The position numbers and the translations under genes were made by a program. The notes below the pieces were generated by a model, which did not search any database, was not told the origin of the DNA, and saw nothing but the letters and a program-made list of their open reading frames with translations. Shown here in pieces: positions 9,108 through 18,917 of a stretch of DNA of 64,000 bases (position 1 is its first letter; every line of letters begins with the position of its first letter). Location of the stretch: the IMG/VR virus record IMGVR_UViG_3300042988_000067, positions 399-64,398 of that record, one strand, 5' to 3'. This DNA comes from a virus. Taxonomy: Duplodnaviria > Caudoviricetes.

Positions 9108-10102
9108 TATCGAGTGTAAACCCCGATGTTTGGCGCCAAGAATATCGGGCTGCCATCTACCTCGCCGGCCTCGGCATTAACGAGCGCCTGAGCTGCCTGC
9201 ATCTGACACAGCTGAATGCGGTCCTGCGGCACCGTAGGGGTCTCCACGGCGCACATGGCGGCATGTTCCCAGCTCACAGCGTCAAGCCAGCGATCAGGCA
9301 CCTCTATGGTGGCCGTCATGCTGTTCCCAACGTCTTGGATCTGGCGATGGGTACGGAATACCAGACAGTTAGTCTCGACGCTTGGCACTGGCCACAGCGT
9401 GATCGTAGGGGTCATCAGGCGGTCATAGAAATACTGGAGGCACGGTGTACCCTCAAATCGCTTGTCTGGCAGCGCAGAGTAGTCGTCACGGTTGAGCGGC
9501 TGCATGACCAAATCCGTGTAGGATCCGACCAGAGTGACCGACATCGCGGCGACAGTGTGGACAGTAGAGATCGTCAGGCGATAGTACTGGTAGTTGCCGG
9601 CTGTATTCAGCGAGACCCAGTAGTTCTCTTGGAGCGTGTAATTCGCAAGCGTAACGGTCTTCAGATCCACAAAGGTGATGCCGTCAGTGGATCCGGCGAA
9701 CGTGTAGCTGACGCCAGTGTAGTTGCTGGTCGTGATGAGGCCGAACTGGACAACCTGTTGCGCCTGACCAAAGTCCCAGTCAATGGTGGTCGTTCCTACC
9801 GTCGTTGTGGCCGGCGTTACGCTGGAGATATTGCGATACGAGGCGTTCAGGATGTCTAGCGTGCCAGTAGGCATGTCGTAGGTAGCCTTGTGGCCCTTAA
9901 GCCCGATCAGCGGCTGATCTACGCACCAGAGATTGATGCCACGGTTTGAGAAATTATTGAACAGGAGGAAGAGATTCTCCCTCGCCACATCAATAAGTTC
10001 AGGAGTAATTGCCCCCGTAGGGATACCACACCTACGGTAGGTCTTTTCAATCAGCTTGGCTATGTCTAGCTGAGTTGTCCCGACAGTTCCGCTGGAGGCC
10101 AT
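9107..10102 (-). CDS. Head-tail adaptor/connector protein with inserted beta-sandwich domain
   Basis: MASSGT...IEKTYRRCG...NRGINLW...ITLWPVP pattern; central YQYYRL segment resembles a discoidin-type insert. Confidence 0.55.
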   Translation of the reverse strand: MASSGTVGTTQLDIAKLIEKTYRRCGIPTGAITPELIDVARENLFLLFNNFSNRGINLWCVDQPLIGLKGHKATYDMPTGTLDILNASYRNISSVTPATTTVGTTTIDWDFGQAQQVVQFGLITTSNYTGVSYTFAGSTDGITFVDLKTVTLANYTLQENYWVSLNTAGNYQYYRLTISTVHTVAAMSVTLVGSYTDLVMQPLNRDDYSALPDKRFEGTPCLQYFYDRLMTPTITLWPVPSVETNCLVFRTHRQIQDVGNSMTATIEVPDRWLDAVSWEHAAMCAVETPTVPQDRIQLCQMQAAQALVNAEAGEVDGSPIFLAPNIGVYTR

Positions 10103-10387
10103 TTATACATACAGGATGTTAAATGTTCCCGTACCGGAAACGATATTTAGGTAGAGGCCATTCTTTGATTTGATGCCAGCGCCACCGAAGTGGATGACCT
10201 GACCAGCCGATACGGCGGTCACAGAATCATAGATAAGGGTTCCAGACGCCGCCGAAGCGTTGTCGTAAATCTGAATAATTGCGGTGGTAGACGCGACAAC
10301 AACGATCCCGTAAAACTCTCCGGGGGCATTGTCAATAACGCCACTTGCAGACGCTTGCGCGTATTGGACCTGTTGGGTAACTAACAT
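10103..10387 (-). CDS. Small virion structural protein
   Basis: 94 aa downstream of the capsid gene; IYDNASAASGT...GIKSKNGLY motif. Confidence 0.5.
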   Translation of the reverse strand: MLVTQQVQYAQASASGVIDNAPGEFYGIVVVASTTAIIQIYDNASAASGTLIYDSVTAVSAGQVIHFGGAGIKSKNGLYLNIVSGTGTFNILYV

Positions 10388-10399
10388 TTCAAACCCCTT

Positions 10400-10424
10400 A
10401 AAAGTTGGGGAGCCGAAGCTCCCC
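10400..10424 (-). terminator. Rho-independent terminator
   Basis: Minus strand GGGGAGC-TTCG-GCTCCCC followed by AACTTTT. Confidence 0.7.
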
Positions 10425-10429
10425 GCCTA

Positions 10430-10870
10430 TTATACCGCCTGAATGTACTGGATGGTCACCTTGGTCACACCGTTAGCAGCAGGAGTGCCTGCGGCAAAAC
10501 GGAAGTAGACCGGGGTAATGCCACCAGATCCAGCACCAATGGTTGCAGCACCAAACAGCAGGGTGGCATTAACGACGCCCTGCGCCTTACATGTGACTGC
10601 GGCCACGTAATCAACCCCGCCAGCGGTAGAGCCGGCTTGGATGGTGTATGTGGTTGAACCCTGCGCTACAGTGGTTACAGCGCGGATGCTGGTGATTTCT
10701 GCCAATGCTGGCAGGTACACAATTTGATCAACCGTCGCGGCAGGTGCCACGCCAGTATTATCAATGGTAAAGGTTTGAGAAAGAACAACCGGACCACCAG
10801 CGGTAACCGATGCAGCACCTTCGCTTGCACCAACGCCTGCTTTGACCGGACCCGTGAAATATGTAGTCAT
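10430..10870 (-). CDS. Capsid decoration/head-associated protein
   Basis: 146 aa directly after the major capsid gene; TYFTGPVKAG N-terminus. Confidence 0.5.
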   Translation of the reverse strand: MTTYFTGPVKAGVGASEGAASVTAGGPVVLSQTFTIDNTGVAPAATVDQIVYLPALAEITSIRAVTTVAQGSTTYTIQAGSTAGGVDYVAAVTCKAQGVVNATLLFGAATIGAGSGGITPVYFRFAAGTPAANGVTKVTIQYIQAV

Positions 10871-10881
10871 TTTAGTCTCCT

Positions 10882-10916
10882 AAAAAGGTGGGGCTGAATC
10901 ACTAAGACCCAGCCCC
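10882..10916 (-). terminator. Rho-independent terminator after the major capsid gene
   Basis: Minus strand GGGGCTGGGTC-TTAGT-GATTCAGCCCC followed by ACCTTTTT. Confidence 0.65.
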
Positions 10917-10932
10917 GATTCACCACGGAGCC

Positions 10933-11844
10933 TTATGCGCCGACGTTGTAGTAGAAGGCGCGGGGATCGGTCCAACCAATACCATAACGCTCGGTTGCCT
11001 TGTAACGGACGGAATCCGTTTCAAAGTCGCCTTCCATGCTCTTTTCCAAGCTACGGCGGGTCAACAGCTTGAGACCTTCCGGAGCGTCAGTCTTAATACC
11101 CCACTGAACTTGGGATACCAGACGGGAAAGGATAGCGGTATCGCCACCCAGAGCACCCATCGACTTGATCGGGTTGATGTCGTTGTTGGCGGTGCCAGCA
11201 CGCAACACGCTCTTCAGCAGGACTTCTGCTTGGAGGGCGTTACCGTTGGCAATAACCAGCTTTTCAGGATTGAGGCGGATCTTCTTGCCGTTGTTGTCCA
11301 CAGCGCCACGGATGGCGATGATGGCCTGTTCCAGAGAGGTCTGGGACAGAGCAGCGGAGGTCAGCAGGTTGCTGAAGGTGCCGCCAACAATCGGGTGGGA
11401 AGCGGAAGCCAGAGCGACACCGTCACCGCCAAGGTACGAACCGTTGTTCGCACGATTGATGATGTTGGCTGCCAGAGTTTCCTTGGTCTCAATCATGGAC
11501 TGAGCGAGGTGCTTGGAGTAGGTTGCGCCGATACGGATATGATCTCCGTCTTCGGTCAGAACCTTGGTCAGGGCAAATGCCAGACCATACACCTTGTACA
11601 GGTAGCGCTGAGTGAACAGAACACCACCAGATTGGTAGGTGACTGCCATACCGTCAGGCAGTTCCGGAGCAGCGCCCATACCGTAGAGCACAGGCTCTTC
11701 GTGGTAGCTACGCGGGATACCGGCCTGCTGGTCGAATACTTGCTTCCACTCATCAGAACGTTGGTTATAGACACCGTCGAACGCTTCGTTAAGAATGGGT
11801 TCAACAATTGCACGGAAATCCGTACTACGCATTGGAGTAGCCAT
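10933..11844 (-). CDS. Major capsid protein
   Basis: 303 aa; EEPVLYGMGAAP, YGLAFALT, ANNDINP and GDFETDSVRYKATERYGIGWTDPR motifs; follows scaffold genes and precedes a terminator. Confidence 0.85.
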   Translation of the reverse strand: MATPMRSTDFRAIVEPILNEAFDGVYNQRSDEWKQVFDQQAGIPRSYHEEPVLYGMGAAPELPDGMAVTYQSGGVLFTQRYLYKVYGLAFALTKVLTEDGDHIRIGATYSKHLAQSMIETKETLAANIINRANNGSYLGGDGVALASASHPIVGGTFSNLLTSAALSQTSLEQAIIAIRGAVDNNGKKIRLNPEKLVIANGNALQAEVLLKSVLRAGTANNDINPIKSMGALGGDTAILSRLVSQVQWGIKTDAPEGLKLLTRRSLEKSMEGDFETDSVRYKATERYGIGWTDPRAFYYNVGA

Positions 11845-12401
11845 TAGACACCTACCTTATTGCCGAAGGCAATTTGAGATTGAGCGATGGTGACTTGCAC
11901 AACAGTGTAAGCATCACCGGGAGCATTATCAACGCCACCGCCAAAACCGATAATACGGAATTGAGACTGGGTGGTGCCGTTAGGTGCAGCCAGAGTCGTG
12001 GTGGCCAGACCGGTAGCAGTAGAGCCGGACAGGGCAGACACGTTAGCTTCTTCACCAATGTTTGCTTGGGTCACAGAACCGACGTCCTGAACTTCAAAAA
12101 CAGTGGTGTAGTCGTCAATCACCCAAGCAACGATGTTGGTTGCGGTAGTCGAAGCGGGCCAGTAGTTAGACACAGTGGGCTTGCCGGTTGCGTCGTTATA
12201 CTCGCAGCCAACGAAGATGCCCAACAGGTCGCCAGTGGTGCCGGCGTTGGTGATGGTGCCGCCAGTGCCTTCCAGCATGACGGGATTACCAGAGTAGATC
12301 GCGGTGGCATAGCCAGACGCAATCGTGTACTTACGCGGGCGAATAACGCCAGAGGGGTTATAAGCTGCGCGGAAGCCAAACGGAGCAGAAGTAGCGCTCA
12401 T
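11844..12401 (-). CDS. Head decoration/minor capsid protein
   Basis: 185 aa; APFGFR...YTIASGY..AIYSG...GIFVGCEY motif, immediately upstream of the capsid gene. Confidence 0.6.
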   Translation of the reverse strand: MSATSAPFGFRAAYNPSGVIRPRKYTIASGYATAIYSGNPVMLEGTGGTITNAGTTGDLLGIFVGCEYNDATGKPTVSNYWPASTTATNIVAWVIDDYTTVFEVQDVGSVTQANIGEEANVSALSGSTATGLATTTLAAPNGTTQSQFRIIGFGGGVDNAPGDAYTVVQVTIAQSQIAFGNKVGV

Positions 12402-12416
12402 AGTATAGGTTCCTTA

Positions 12417-12959
12417 TCAAAGAAAATTTGGGGTACGCATTTGTGCACCAAGATCATTGAACCCGTCGCCTTCAACATGACCCAACGGACGACCGTTGGA
12501 GTCTTTCTGCCCAGTCACCATAGAATCCTTAATGCGGCCTTCTTCTTCAAGCGGGGCGTAGTGATGCAGTTCCGCCATCATGTCTTGATAAAGGTCATTA
12601 GGGATCTTGAACAGGAGCATTTCGTTGCAGGCCACCATGCCTTGAAATTCGCCTTCCTTTGCTGCTAGGTATTCAAAGCCCGGAACTTCGGATGGCAGAA
12701 CCGGCGAGTACCCCATACGGATACGCTTTTGGATCGGGTCATACGAATTGGTTGAGCTTAACCAGCACAAATGGAAGCCGGGAACTTCCGGCGGGGTGGG
12801 CAATGCTTCTTGCGTCCACTCGTTTCTAAACTTACGACGTTCAGATACAGTGAAAGCTGTACCGTCATTATCTTGACGACGAACATCCTCGGAGGCACGA
12901 TCATCACGACCCGCAGCGGCGGATCTCTTCAAACGTGCGTCTTGATTGGCTTCAGCCAT
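12417..12959 (-). CDS. Conserved head-module protein
   Basis: 180 aa; LPTPPEVPGFHLCWLS...RMGYSPV...EMLLFKIP. Confidence 0.5.
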   Translation of the reverse strand: MAEANQDARLKRSAAAGRDDRASEDVRRQDNDGTAFTVSERRKFRNEWTQEALPTPPEVPGFHLCWLSSTNSYDPIQKRIRMGYSPVLPSEVPGFEYLAAKEGEFQGMVACNEMLLFKIPNDLYQDMMAELHHYAPLEEEGRIKDSMVTGQKDSNGRPLGHVEGDGFNDLGAQMRTPNFL

Positions 12960-13011
12960 GTCATTTCTCCTTGCAGAAATAATATCTTAAATTAGTCAAT
13001 TAGTAAACAAT

Positions 13012-13956
13012 TTATCGGGATGCCTGAGACTTGTCATACTCTCGGTAACGTTTGATCATTGCATCACGCTTTACCGGATCATCCCACGCCCCAGCCTCCT
13101 TAATCGCGGCAACGCGATCAGCCGACAGCTTGAAGCCGCCGCCACCGGATTGAGAGTTTGCGCCCTCACGACCGGAGCTGGTGACTGGTGAGCTGGAGCG
13201 ACGCTGCACTGGCGGGCGTGCGTAACGGTGCGGCAGGTAGCGCTTGAGACGACTGTCCAGCTCGTCCCAGTACTCAGGCTGACGCGGATCCCAGCCCTCT
13301 TCGGCCATGGACTGGTCAACCGTCAGTGCAACACGGCTGTCAGGATCAGAGCCAGAAGGATCATACCAATTGTGCTTGTCCATCCACGTTTCCGCGTTAC
13401 GGCGGAGCATCGGATCGATAGGACTATGTGTCTCGGCTTGGCGAGTCTGTTGCACTGCGTTTCGCTTAACATTTACGAGGTGCTCCGCGTGTCTGGTTGC
13501 CTGATACAGCTTCTCGGTTGCCTCGGCTACCGTGGCGCCATCGCCGGCCTCGGTGGCCAGCTTGATCTGCTCCTTCAGGTACCCAACGGCGCGACCGGTC
13601 TGCTCGATTGCCTGATCCAGCTGGGCGAACTCGCTGCCCTGCGCGCGGCGCTCAAGGACGGCCAGACGCTGCTGGAGGTCTTCATTCTCCTTGCGCAGCA
13701 TCTCACGCTCACGGCGAGTCTGGGCTTCACGCTCGCGCTGCGCTTCCTTCTTGTGCTTGCGCTCCTCACGACGGCGCGCGCGAATAGCTTCACGATCCTC
13801 GTCAGAGTCATCCGCGCCTTCACTGGAGGCAGACTCGTGCTCGTTATCGTCCTGATCCTCGCCCTCGTCGTCCTGATGTTCATCCTCCTCATCCTCGACA
13901 AGCTCCGCGTCCTTGATGTCTTCGTCATCTTGGTAGTCTTCACGATCTGCTGCCAT
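13012..13956 (-). CDS. Capsid scaffolding protein (putative)
   Basis: Acidic N-terminus, long coiled coil, W..KHNWY and EYWDELD motifs; likely start MAADRE at 13956. Confidence 0.65.
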   Translation of the reverse strand: MAADREDYQDDEDIKDAELVEDEEDEHQDDEGEDQDDNEHESASSEGADDSDEDREAIRARRREERKHKKEAQREREAQTRREREMLRKENEDLQQRLAVLERRAQGSEFAQLDQAIEQTGRAVGYLKEQIKLATEAGDGATVAEATEKLYQATRHAEHLVNVKRNAVQQTRQAETHSPIDPMLRRNAETWMDKHNWYDPSGSDPDSRVALTVDQSMAEEGWDPRQPEYWDELDSRLKRYLPHRYARPPVQRRSSSPVTSSGREGANSQSGGGGFKLSADRVAAIKEAGAWDDPVKRDAMIKRYREYDKSQASR

Positions 13957-13957
13957 G

Positions 13958-14542
13958 CTAATTTCCTTTCGGTTCAAAAGTTATACTACTTTTACGTGCT
14001 AATGTTTGCTTCATCGTTGCACTTATCTTTGCGCGAGTTTCTTCTGAAACTGTTTTTCCAGTGTGTGACTTGGCCATCTTCCGCCTTGTCTCGGCTGAAT
14101 GGTTCTTGCCGTACAATGGGTGATTTTTACCACTCAGTTTGTTGGACATCTTTAAAAGTTCTTCTTCGGTGTGCTTGGTCCCATATCTAGGACTTTTTTC
14201 CCCGCGCAATTTGTACGGCTTCCCCTTCTTTGAAGCAGACATTTTTTGTCTAGTCTTGTCAGAATGGGACAGCCCTGTGATGCCTTCTCCGCCATCAGTC
14301 TTGTTACAAAGGTTGAAACCTAATGCTCTAAATTCAGAGATCATATTGATCTCGTCTTCCAAAGCATCTTTTTCTGTTTCAAACTCTTTCCACAGCACCG
14401 TTATGCCATCTACCCCATGCTTAGCTACAACACGCTGATAGTGCATGTTGTTTTTGTTAAGCGTCATGGCGCGTTTCAACGTTCCTTTTCCGACATAAAA
14501 AGGAGTGTTGTCTGGCCTATAGTGGACATACGAAGTTATCAC
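13958..14542 (-). CDS. GIY-YIG-type homing endonuclease with NUMOD3 repeats
   Basis: YVHYR...PFYVGKG...R, NLCNKTDGGEG, and repeated HSDKTRQKMS / HSAETRRKM / VSEETRAKIS; lower GC than neighbours. Confidence 0.85.
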   Translation of the reverse strand: MITSYVHYRPDNTPFYVGKGTLKRAMTLNKNNMHYQRVVAKHGVDGITVLWKEFETEKDALEDEINMISEFRALGFNLCNKTDGGEGITGLSHSDKTRQKMSASKKGKPYKLRGEKSPRYGTKHTEEELLKMSNKLSGKNHPLYGKNHSAETRRKMAKSHTGKTVSEETRAKISATMKQTLARKSSITFEPKGN

Positions 14543-14976
14543 AGTAGAAATGCCTTCTGTTCAAGCGGATTGCCTGTGATCTTGGCAATGATCTGATGAT
14601 CATTCAGGATCACACACATAACGCGAGAGTCCTTATCATTTGGGTCTGGAACATAAAATCGATCCCCGTCCCAGCGACTAATGCGAACATAATCGCCCTC
14701 GTAAACCCACTGGCCCTCAGTCCAAAGAGAACCGGTATCACGATTGCGAAAAGCCAAGGGGCCAAGGGATATAACGCGAGCAGTTTGCACATTCCATTTC
14801 TCCGTCTCTTTGGTGTCTTCAACCAGCAAAAGTCCGGACTTGGTCTTGTTGCTCGTGGATTTAAGCTGGAGAATGACCCGCGCACCGAGAGGCGTCATAC
14901 CGGGGTCAACTGCGGGGAATGCTTGCTCAATGGTGGCATCGATTTCGATGCCCTCTGCTCCTACTGCTAAAGTCAT
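14539..14976 (-). CDS. groES: Phage co-chaperonin, GroES-like
   Basis: PLGARVILQ...KTKSGLLL...ARVISLGP...GDYV...ILND..IIAKI; likely start MTLAV at 14976 after GGAGAG. Confidence 0.8.
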   Translation of the reverse strand: MTLAVGAEGIEIDATIEQAFPAVDPGMTPLGARVILQLKSTSNKTKSGLLLVEDTKETEKWNVQTARVISLGPLAFRNRDTGSLWTEGQWVYEGDYVRISRWDGDRFYVPDPNDKDSRVMCVILNDHQIIAKITGNPLEQKAFLL

Positions 14977-14992
14977 TGCGACTCTCCTTAAG

Positions 14993-15172
14993 TTAGTACT
15001 TCTCTTCGTCATCTTTCACAAGTTGCTGGATGGTTGCCAGAGCCTGCGACAGACCCTCATGCCGCCCAACGATACGGTTAAACTTCGCCATATCATCCGG
15101 CGGGTACTGCACTAGCGACAGCTCCAGCTCACGCTGAGCATCGAGCAGTTGCTTGATCAGTGCTTCCCACAT
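14993..15172 (-). CDS. Small conserved head-module protein (59 aa)
   Basis: Manual translation MWEALIKQLLDAQRELELSL...FNRIVGRHEGLSQAL...DDEEKY; GGAG RBS; not in the ORF track. Confidence 0.6.
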   Translation of the reverse strand: MWEALIKQLLDAQRELELSLVQYPPDDMAKFNRIVGRHEGLSQALATIQQLVKDDEEKY

Positions 15173-15181
15173 TTATCGCTC

Positions 15182-16555
15182 CTAAAACAATAGTTGCGCT
15201 GCTGCTTCGATTAGCCACTCCTCTTCAGCCGCGTCATCTGCGGCCTGACGGAGAGCGTCCAACACCTTACCCTCTGCCCACATGTCTACAGGCGCATTTT
15301 GCACCTGATACATGAAGTTTTGAACGGTAAGCTCTACATTTACGCGACGGACAGGCTCAGCAGAAGGCTCAGGAGGCTGGTTTTTCGGCTGTTTGGCGCG
15401 TTTTTCCGGCTTGCCGATGGCTTCTATCACGTATGAGCCGTCGTCCTGCTCTACGAGCCTCTCTGCGACCCGTTTTACCGCAGTTTCAAGCGTTTTTGCT
15501 GGCTTGGCGTCGCCTTCCACCATGCCATTCAGCTCGGCAGTGATCTGGGCGAGCAGGAGACGGTTGACGCCGGACTTGCCGACACCGGTTCCGATGGCAT
15601 TTACGCTGCCAACCATACCATTACCGCCGACACCAGTGATATTTGCGGTCGCATTCGCGGATCCGCCGGTAGCGATGACATCACCTGCCAGACCGGTGCC
15701 GCTTACGCCAGTGAGTGAGACGTTTCCGGTTCCGGATGTCGTGACATTCCCGACTTGACCAACGCCGGAGACCCCAGAGAGCGCCGTTGTAACTGTAACG
15801 TTAGGCGATACAGCACCAACCAGACCGACGCCAGACACCCCGGAGACGGTAACGTTGCCGATACCGGACGCGGTGACCGTGCCCACTTGGCCGACACCAG
15901 CCACGCCAGTGACGCCGATGGTGGCATTTCCGCTGCCGGTACCGCTCGCCGTTACCGTGCCCGTCAGACCAGTGCCTGAGACACCGGACAGAGTTACGTT
16001 GCCTGTTCCGGTTTCAGTAGTATCACCAACTTGGCCGGTACCGGAGACACCAGTTACGTTTACTGTTGCGTTACCAGATGCTGTTGCCGTGACTGCGCCG
16101 ACTTGACCGACGCCGCTGACGCCAGTAATCGTGACGTTGCCCGTACCTGTTTCTGTAGTCGCACCAACCTGACCTACACCAGAAACGCCGGAAATGGTAA
16201 CGTTGCCGGTACCGGTTTCAGCAGTGGATCCGACCTGACCGACACCAGAAACGCCAGTGATTGTGACGTTACCTGTACCTGTCTCGGCTGTTGTCCCAAC
16301 TTGGCCAACGCCAGCAACGCCCGTGATATTCACGTTGGCATTGACTACGGAGCTTCCGGATGCGGTTACCGTTCCGGCGGAACCTACACCGGAGACTCCA
16401 GTAATGGTTGCGTTGCCCGTTCCGGTATTGGTTGTCGTGCCTACCTGACCAACGCCAGAGACGCCAGTTAGATTGACGGTGGCATTACCCCCGCCGCCCG
16501 TTGCGGGTAGCGTACTTAGCGGCTGCTCTGATAGTGCCCCGAAACCAAGATTCAC
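15182..16555 (-). CDS. Repeat-rich fibre protein with acidic-hydrophobic C-terminus
   Basis: About a dozen ~21-aa repeats (TGTGNVTITGVSGVGQVGT); N-terminus MNLGFGALSEQP; C-terminus DDAAEEEWLIEAAAQLLF. Confidence 0.6.
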   Translation of the reverse strand: MNLGFGALSEQPLSTLPATGGGGNATVNLTGVSGVGQVGTTTNTGTGNATITGVSGVGSAGTVTASGSSVVNANVNITGVAGVGQVGTTAETGTGNVTITGVSGVGQVGSTAETGTGNVTISGVSGVGQVGATTETGTGNVTITGVSGVGQVGAVTATASGNATVNVTGVSGTGQVGDTTETGTGNVTLSGVSGTGLTGTVTASGTGSGNATIGVTGVAGVGQVGTVTASGIGNVTVSGVSGVGLVGAVSPNVTVTTALSGVSGVGQVGNVTTSGTGNVSLTGVSGTGLAGDVIATGGSANATANITGVGGNGMVGSVNAIGTGVGKSGVNRLLLAQITAELNGMVEGDAKPAKTLETAVKRVAERLVEQDDGSYVIEAIGKPEKRAKQPKNQPPEPSAEPVRRVNVELTVQNFMYQVQNAPVDMWAEGKVLDALRQAADDAAEEEWLIEAAAQLLF

Positions 16556-16782
16556 TTACGATACTCCGGTGGTAACTGTTGCCGCTCTATCTCGCTGCGG
16601 TAGGACTCCATGCAATGATACGGGTCCATGAAGATGAAGTTTATCACCTTGCAGAACTTGTTGCTCTTGCGCCAGCAATAGGCGGATAGCGTCTCGTCAG
16701 CCCAACCCGACCCGAACAGCACATTAAAGCACTGATCTACCGATATCCAGAACTGTTTAATCCGCCACATCTGGGTAGCCAC
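16552..16782 (-). CDS. Small phage protein (DQ..N...G..DETLSA motif)
   Basis: 76 aa; motif common next to fibre genes. Confidence 0.5.
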   Translation of the reverse strand: MATQMWRIKQFWISVDQCFNVLFGSGWADETLSAYCWRKSNKFCKVINFIFMDPYHCMESYRSEIERQQLPPEYRK

Positions 16783-17173
16783 CGCGCCAGTCGTATGCCT
16801 TCACTTCTTCAATGTCGGTCAGCAACTTGATTGCGTCATTGTGCCGACCATTGGTGCCAGAGATCACCGCCTCCAACCCCGCGAGTGCCTGCGCCTTGCT
16901 GATGATCTTTGTCACCAGATCGGCGGTTGTGATGCCACGCGCCTGCGCCTCAATGTCTAGCATGGGGGTCGGGCTGATGCCGTGCCCTTGCGCCTCTGCC
17001 AGTTTCAATGACCATGATGCCGCTTCGTATGGTGATGCCGGAGCGAGGAAGGTTGACCGGACATAGGCCGCATAGGCGTCAGACTGTCGGGTCGCAAAAG
17101 TGAGCGCCTCTTCAAGGGTGCCGAATTCAATCTCGCCACCGTTAAACGCGCCTTCATTGTTTGCTATTAGCAT
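16757..17173 (-). CDS. Tail-fibre-chaperone-like protein
   Basis: EAASWSLKLAEA...TPML..EAQARGI...LVTKI motif. Confidence 0.5.
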   Translation of the reverse strand: MLIANNEGAFNGGEIEFGTLEEALTFATRQSDAYAAYVRSTFLAPASPYEAASWSLKLAEAQGHGISPTPMLDIEAQARGITTADLVTKIISKAQALAGLEAVISGTNGRHNDAIKLLTDIEEVKAYDWRGGYPDVAD

Positions 17174-17176
17174 TTG

Positions 17177-18025
17177 TCACCTCAAGAAAATGAGCACCAC
17201 ATAACCGTCACCGCCTCTACCACCCAGACCACCAGCGGTTGTCCCAGACCCACCGCCCCCACCACCTGCTCCTCTGCCACCAGCGCCACCGTTGAACCCC
17301 GCACCAGCAGCATTTCCGCCACCACCAGCACCTGTTGCCCCGTAGATGAAAGGCACCATCATGGTGTGCCCACTACCGCCTGCCGCCCCAGCCCCTCCAA
17401 GCGCCAACGGAACGCCAAATTTTGTTTGCCCGTCAGCGCCAGCAGTCGTTCCGTTGTTCGCACCCCCGGCACCACCACCCATACCGGAACCGTTTAAGTT
17501 GGTGGAAGTACCCTTCACACCAGTAGTCGAGCAGGTTCCGCCCGCACTCCCTGCGTACCCAGAAACCGCATCGCAGAGCATGGAGTAAAGATTGCCGGGG
17601 CCACCTGTTGCGCCACCGCTGCCCGCTGTTGAGGTTGCCGTACCACCTGCGCCGCCAGCCCCGCCGCCTACTGGCACAACGATTGCCGTGTCGCCTAGTT
17701 TTGTCTGTGCGTAAACATAAGAGTTACCGCCAGCAGCCCCGCTGGCACCACCTAGACCCACACCAACACGCAAAGAGGCCGATCCCTGCATTTGCAGCGG
17801 GCCGAGCATTAGCATGGCAAACCCAATTGCCCCGCCGCCACCTCCTGCGCCGCCCGATCTGGCCGCAGCATTAAACGTCCCAGCGCCACCTCCACCCCCA
17901 GCCGCCAAACAATGGCACCAGACTGCTGACGCCCAGTACGGAATATCAACGTGGAAAACTCCGGGGGTATGGAACTCCATAACCCTTGTCCCTGCCCTGT
18001 TCGCCAGATGGTTAATGTCGTACAT
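17177..18025 (-). CDS. Glycine-rich domain fibre protein 3
   Basis: AGGGGG/GGAGG runs; VGVGLGG; C-terminal GRGGDGYVVL. Confidence 0.65.
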   Translation of the reverse strand: MYDINHLANRAGTRVMEFHTPGVFHVDIPYWASAVWCHCLAAGGGGGAGTFNAAARSGGAGGGGGAIGFAMLMLGPLQMQGSASLRVGVGLGGASGAAGGNSYVYAQTKLGDTAIVVPVGGGAGGAGGTATSTAGSGGATGGPGNLYSMLCDAVSGYAGSAGGTCSTTGVKGTSTNLNGSGMGGGAGGANNGTTAGADGQTKFGVPLALGGAGAAGGSGHTMMVPFIYGATGAGGGGNAAGAGFNGGAGGRGAGGGGGGSGTTAGGLGGRGGDGYVVLIFLR

Positions 18026-18026
18026 A

Positions 18027-18917
18027 TCAGCCTCTTATGAACGTGAGCAAGACGTAGCCATCGCCACCTCTCCCGCCGTTTCCGCCAGTAACCCCACCAG
18101 CACCGCCGCCGCCGCCTCCAGAACCCCAGACGCCATCACCACCCTTGCCTCCGGTAGTTGCCCCGCCCCCACCGCCAGCGCCACCTGCGGGAAGTGTCAG
18201 GGGGTAGTCGAGCATCATCGGGGTATCGCCATTGCCGCCGCCCGCTGCACCACCAAAGGCCACACCATGAGCGGCGATTGCGTTCAACGTTGAGTTTCCG
18301 CCTGCGAATCCAGTTGTCCCGTTCCAGCCTCCACCAGACGCACCGCCTGATCCGGTTGTTGCCGTGCCTGCCGCGCCGTTTGTACTACCCGCACCAGCAC
18401 CGCCGTTACCGCCGTTTGAGTGGCCCCATTGCATAGACGTACCTGACTGCGATCCACCGTTGGCCGTTGCCGCATTACCCGCGAGGACGCCCGCCGCTCC
18501 TACGACACCAAGGCCGCCGGAACATAGAAAGCTACTGTGTAATCCGTTTCGCGCCCAGTTTGTTATTCCGCTTGTCGTGCCCTGCGTTGCTGCCGCGCTT
18601 GGTGCGCCTGCCGCGCCGACCCCTCCAGTTCCTCCACGGCCCACAAAGATACCAAGCTGTCGCGTCTGAAGGAACCCGACCTGCGTATAACCGAACAGTC
18701 GCCCGCCTGCGCCCCCTCCGCCACCGCCGGAGCAAGATGTCGCCGCGCCGTAGCCAGCCCCACCACCTGATCCGCCAGAACGTAAGGCGTAGATAATGAA
18801 CTTTGCCCAGTCTGGAATTTGGATTACCAAAGGATAGGTTGTCAGCGTGGGCGTTGCGAACAGAAATGTCGTCCGATCCGCCTGCTTGATGATGTGATCT
18901 GCTTGCTGGTTAATCAT
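18027..18917 (-). CDS. Glycine-rich domain fibre protein 2
   Basis: IPDWAK..I...SGGSGGG; C-terminal GRGGDGYVLL. Confidence 0.65.
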   Translation of the reverse strand: MINQQADHIIKQADRTTFLFATPTLTTYPLVIQIPDWAKFIIYALRSGGSGGGAGYGAATSCSGGGGGGAGGRLFGYTQVGFLQTRQLGIFVGRGGTGGVGAAGAPSAAATQGTTSGITNWARNGLHSSFLCSGGLGVVGAAGVLAGNAATANGGSQSGTSMQWGHSNGGNGGAGAGSTNGAAGTATTGSGGASGGGWNGTTGFAGGNSTLNAIAAHGVAFGGAAGGGNGDTPMMLDYPLTLPAGGAGGGGGATTGGKGGDGVWGSGGGGGGAGGVTGGNGGRGGDGYVLLTFIRG

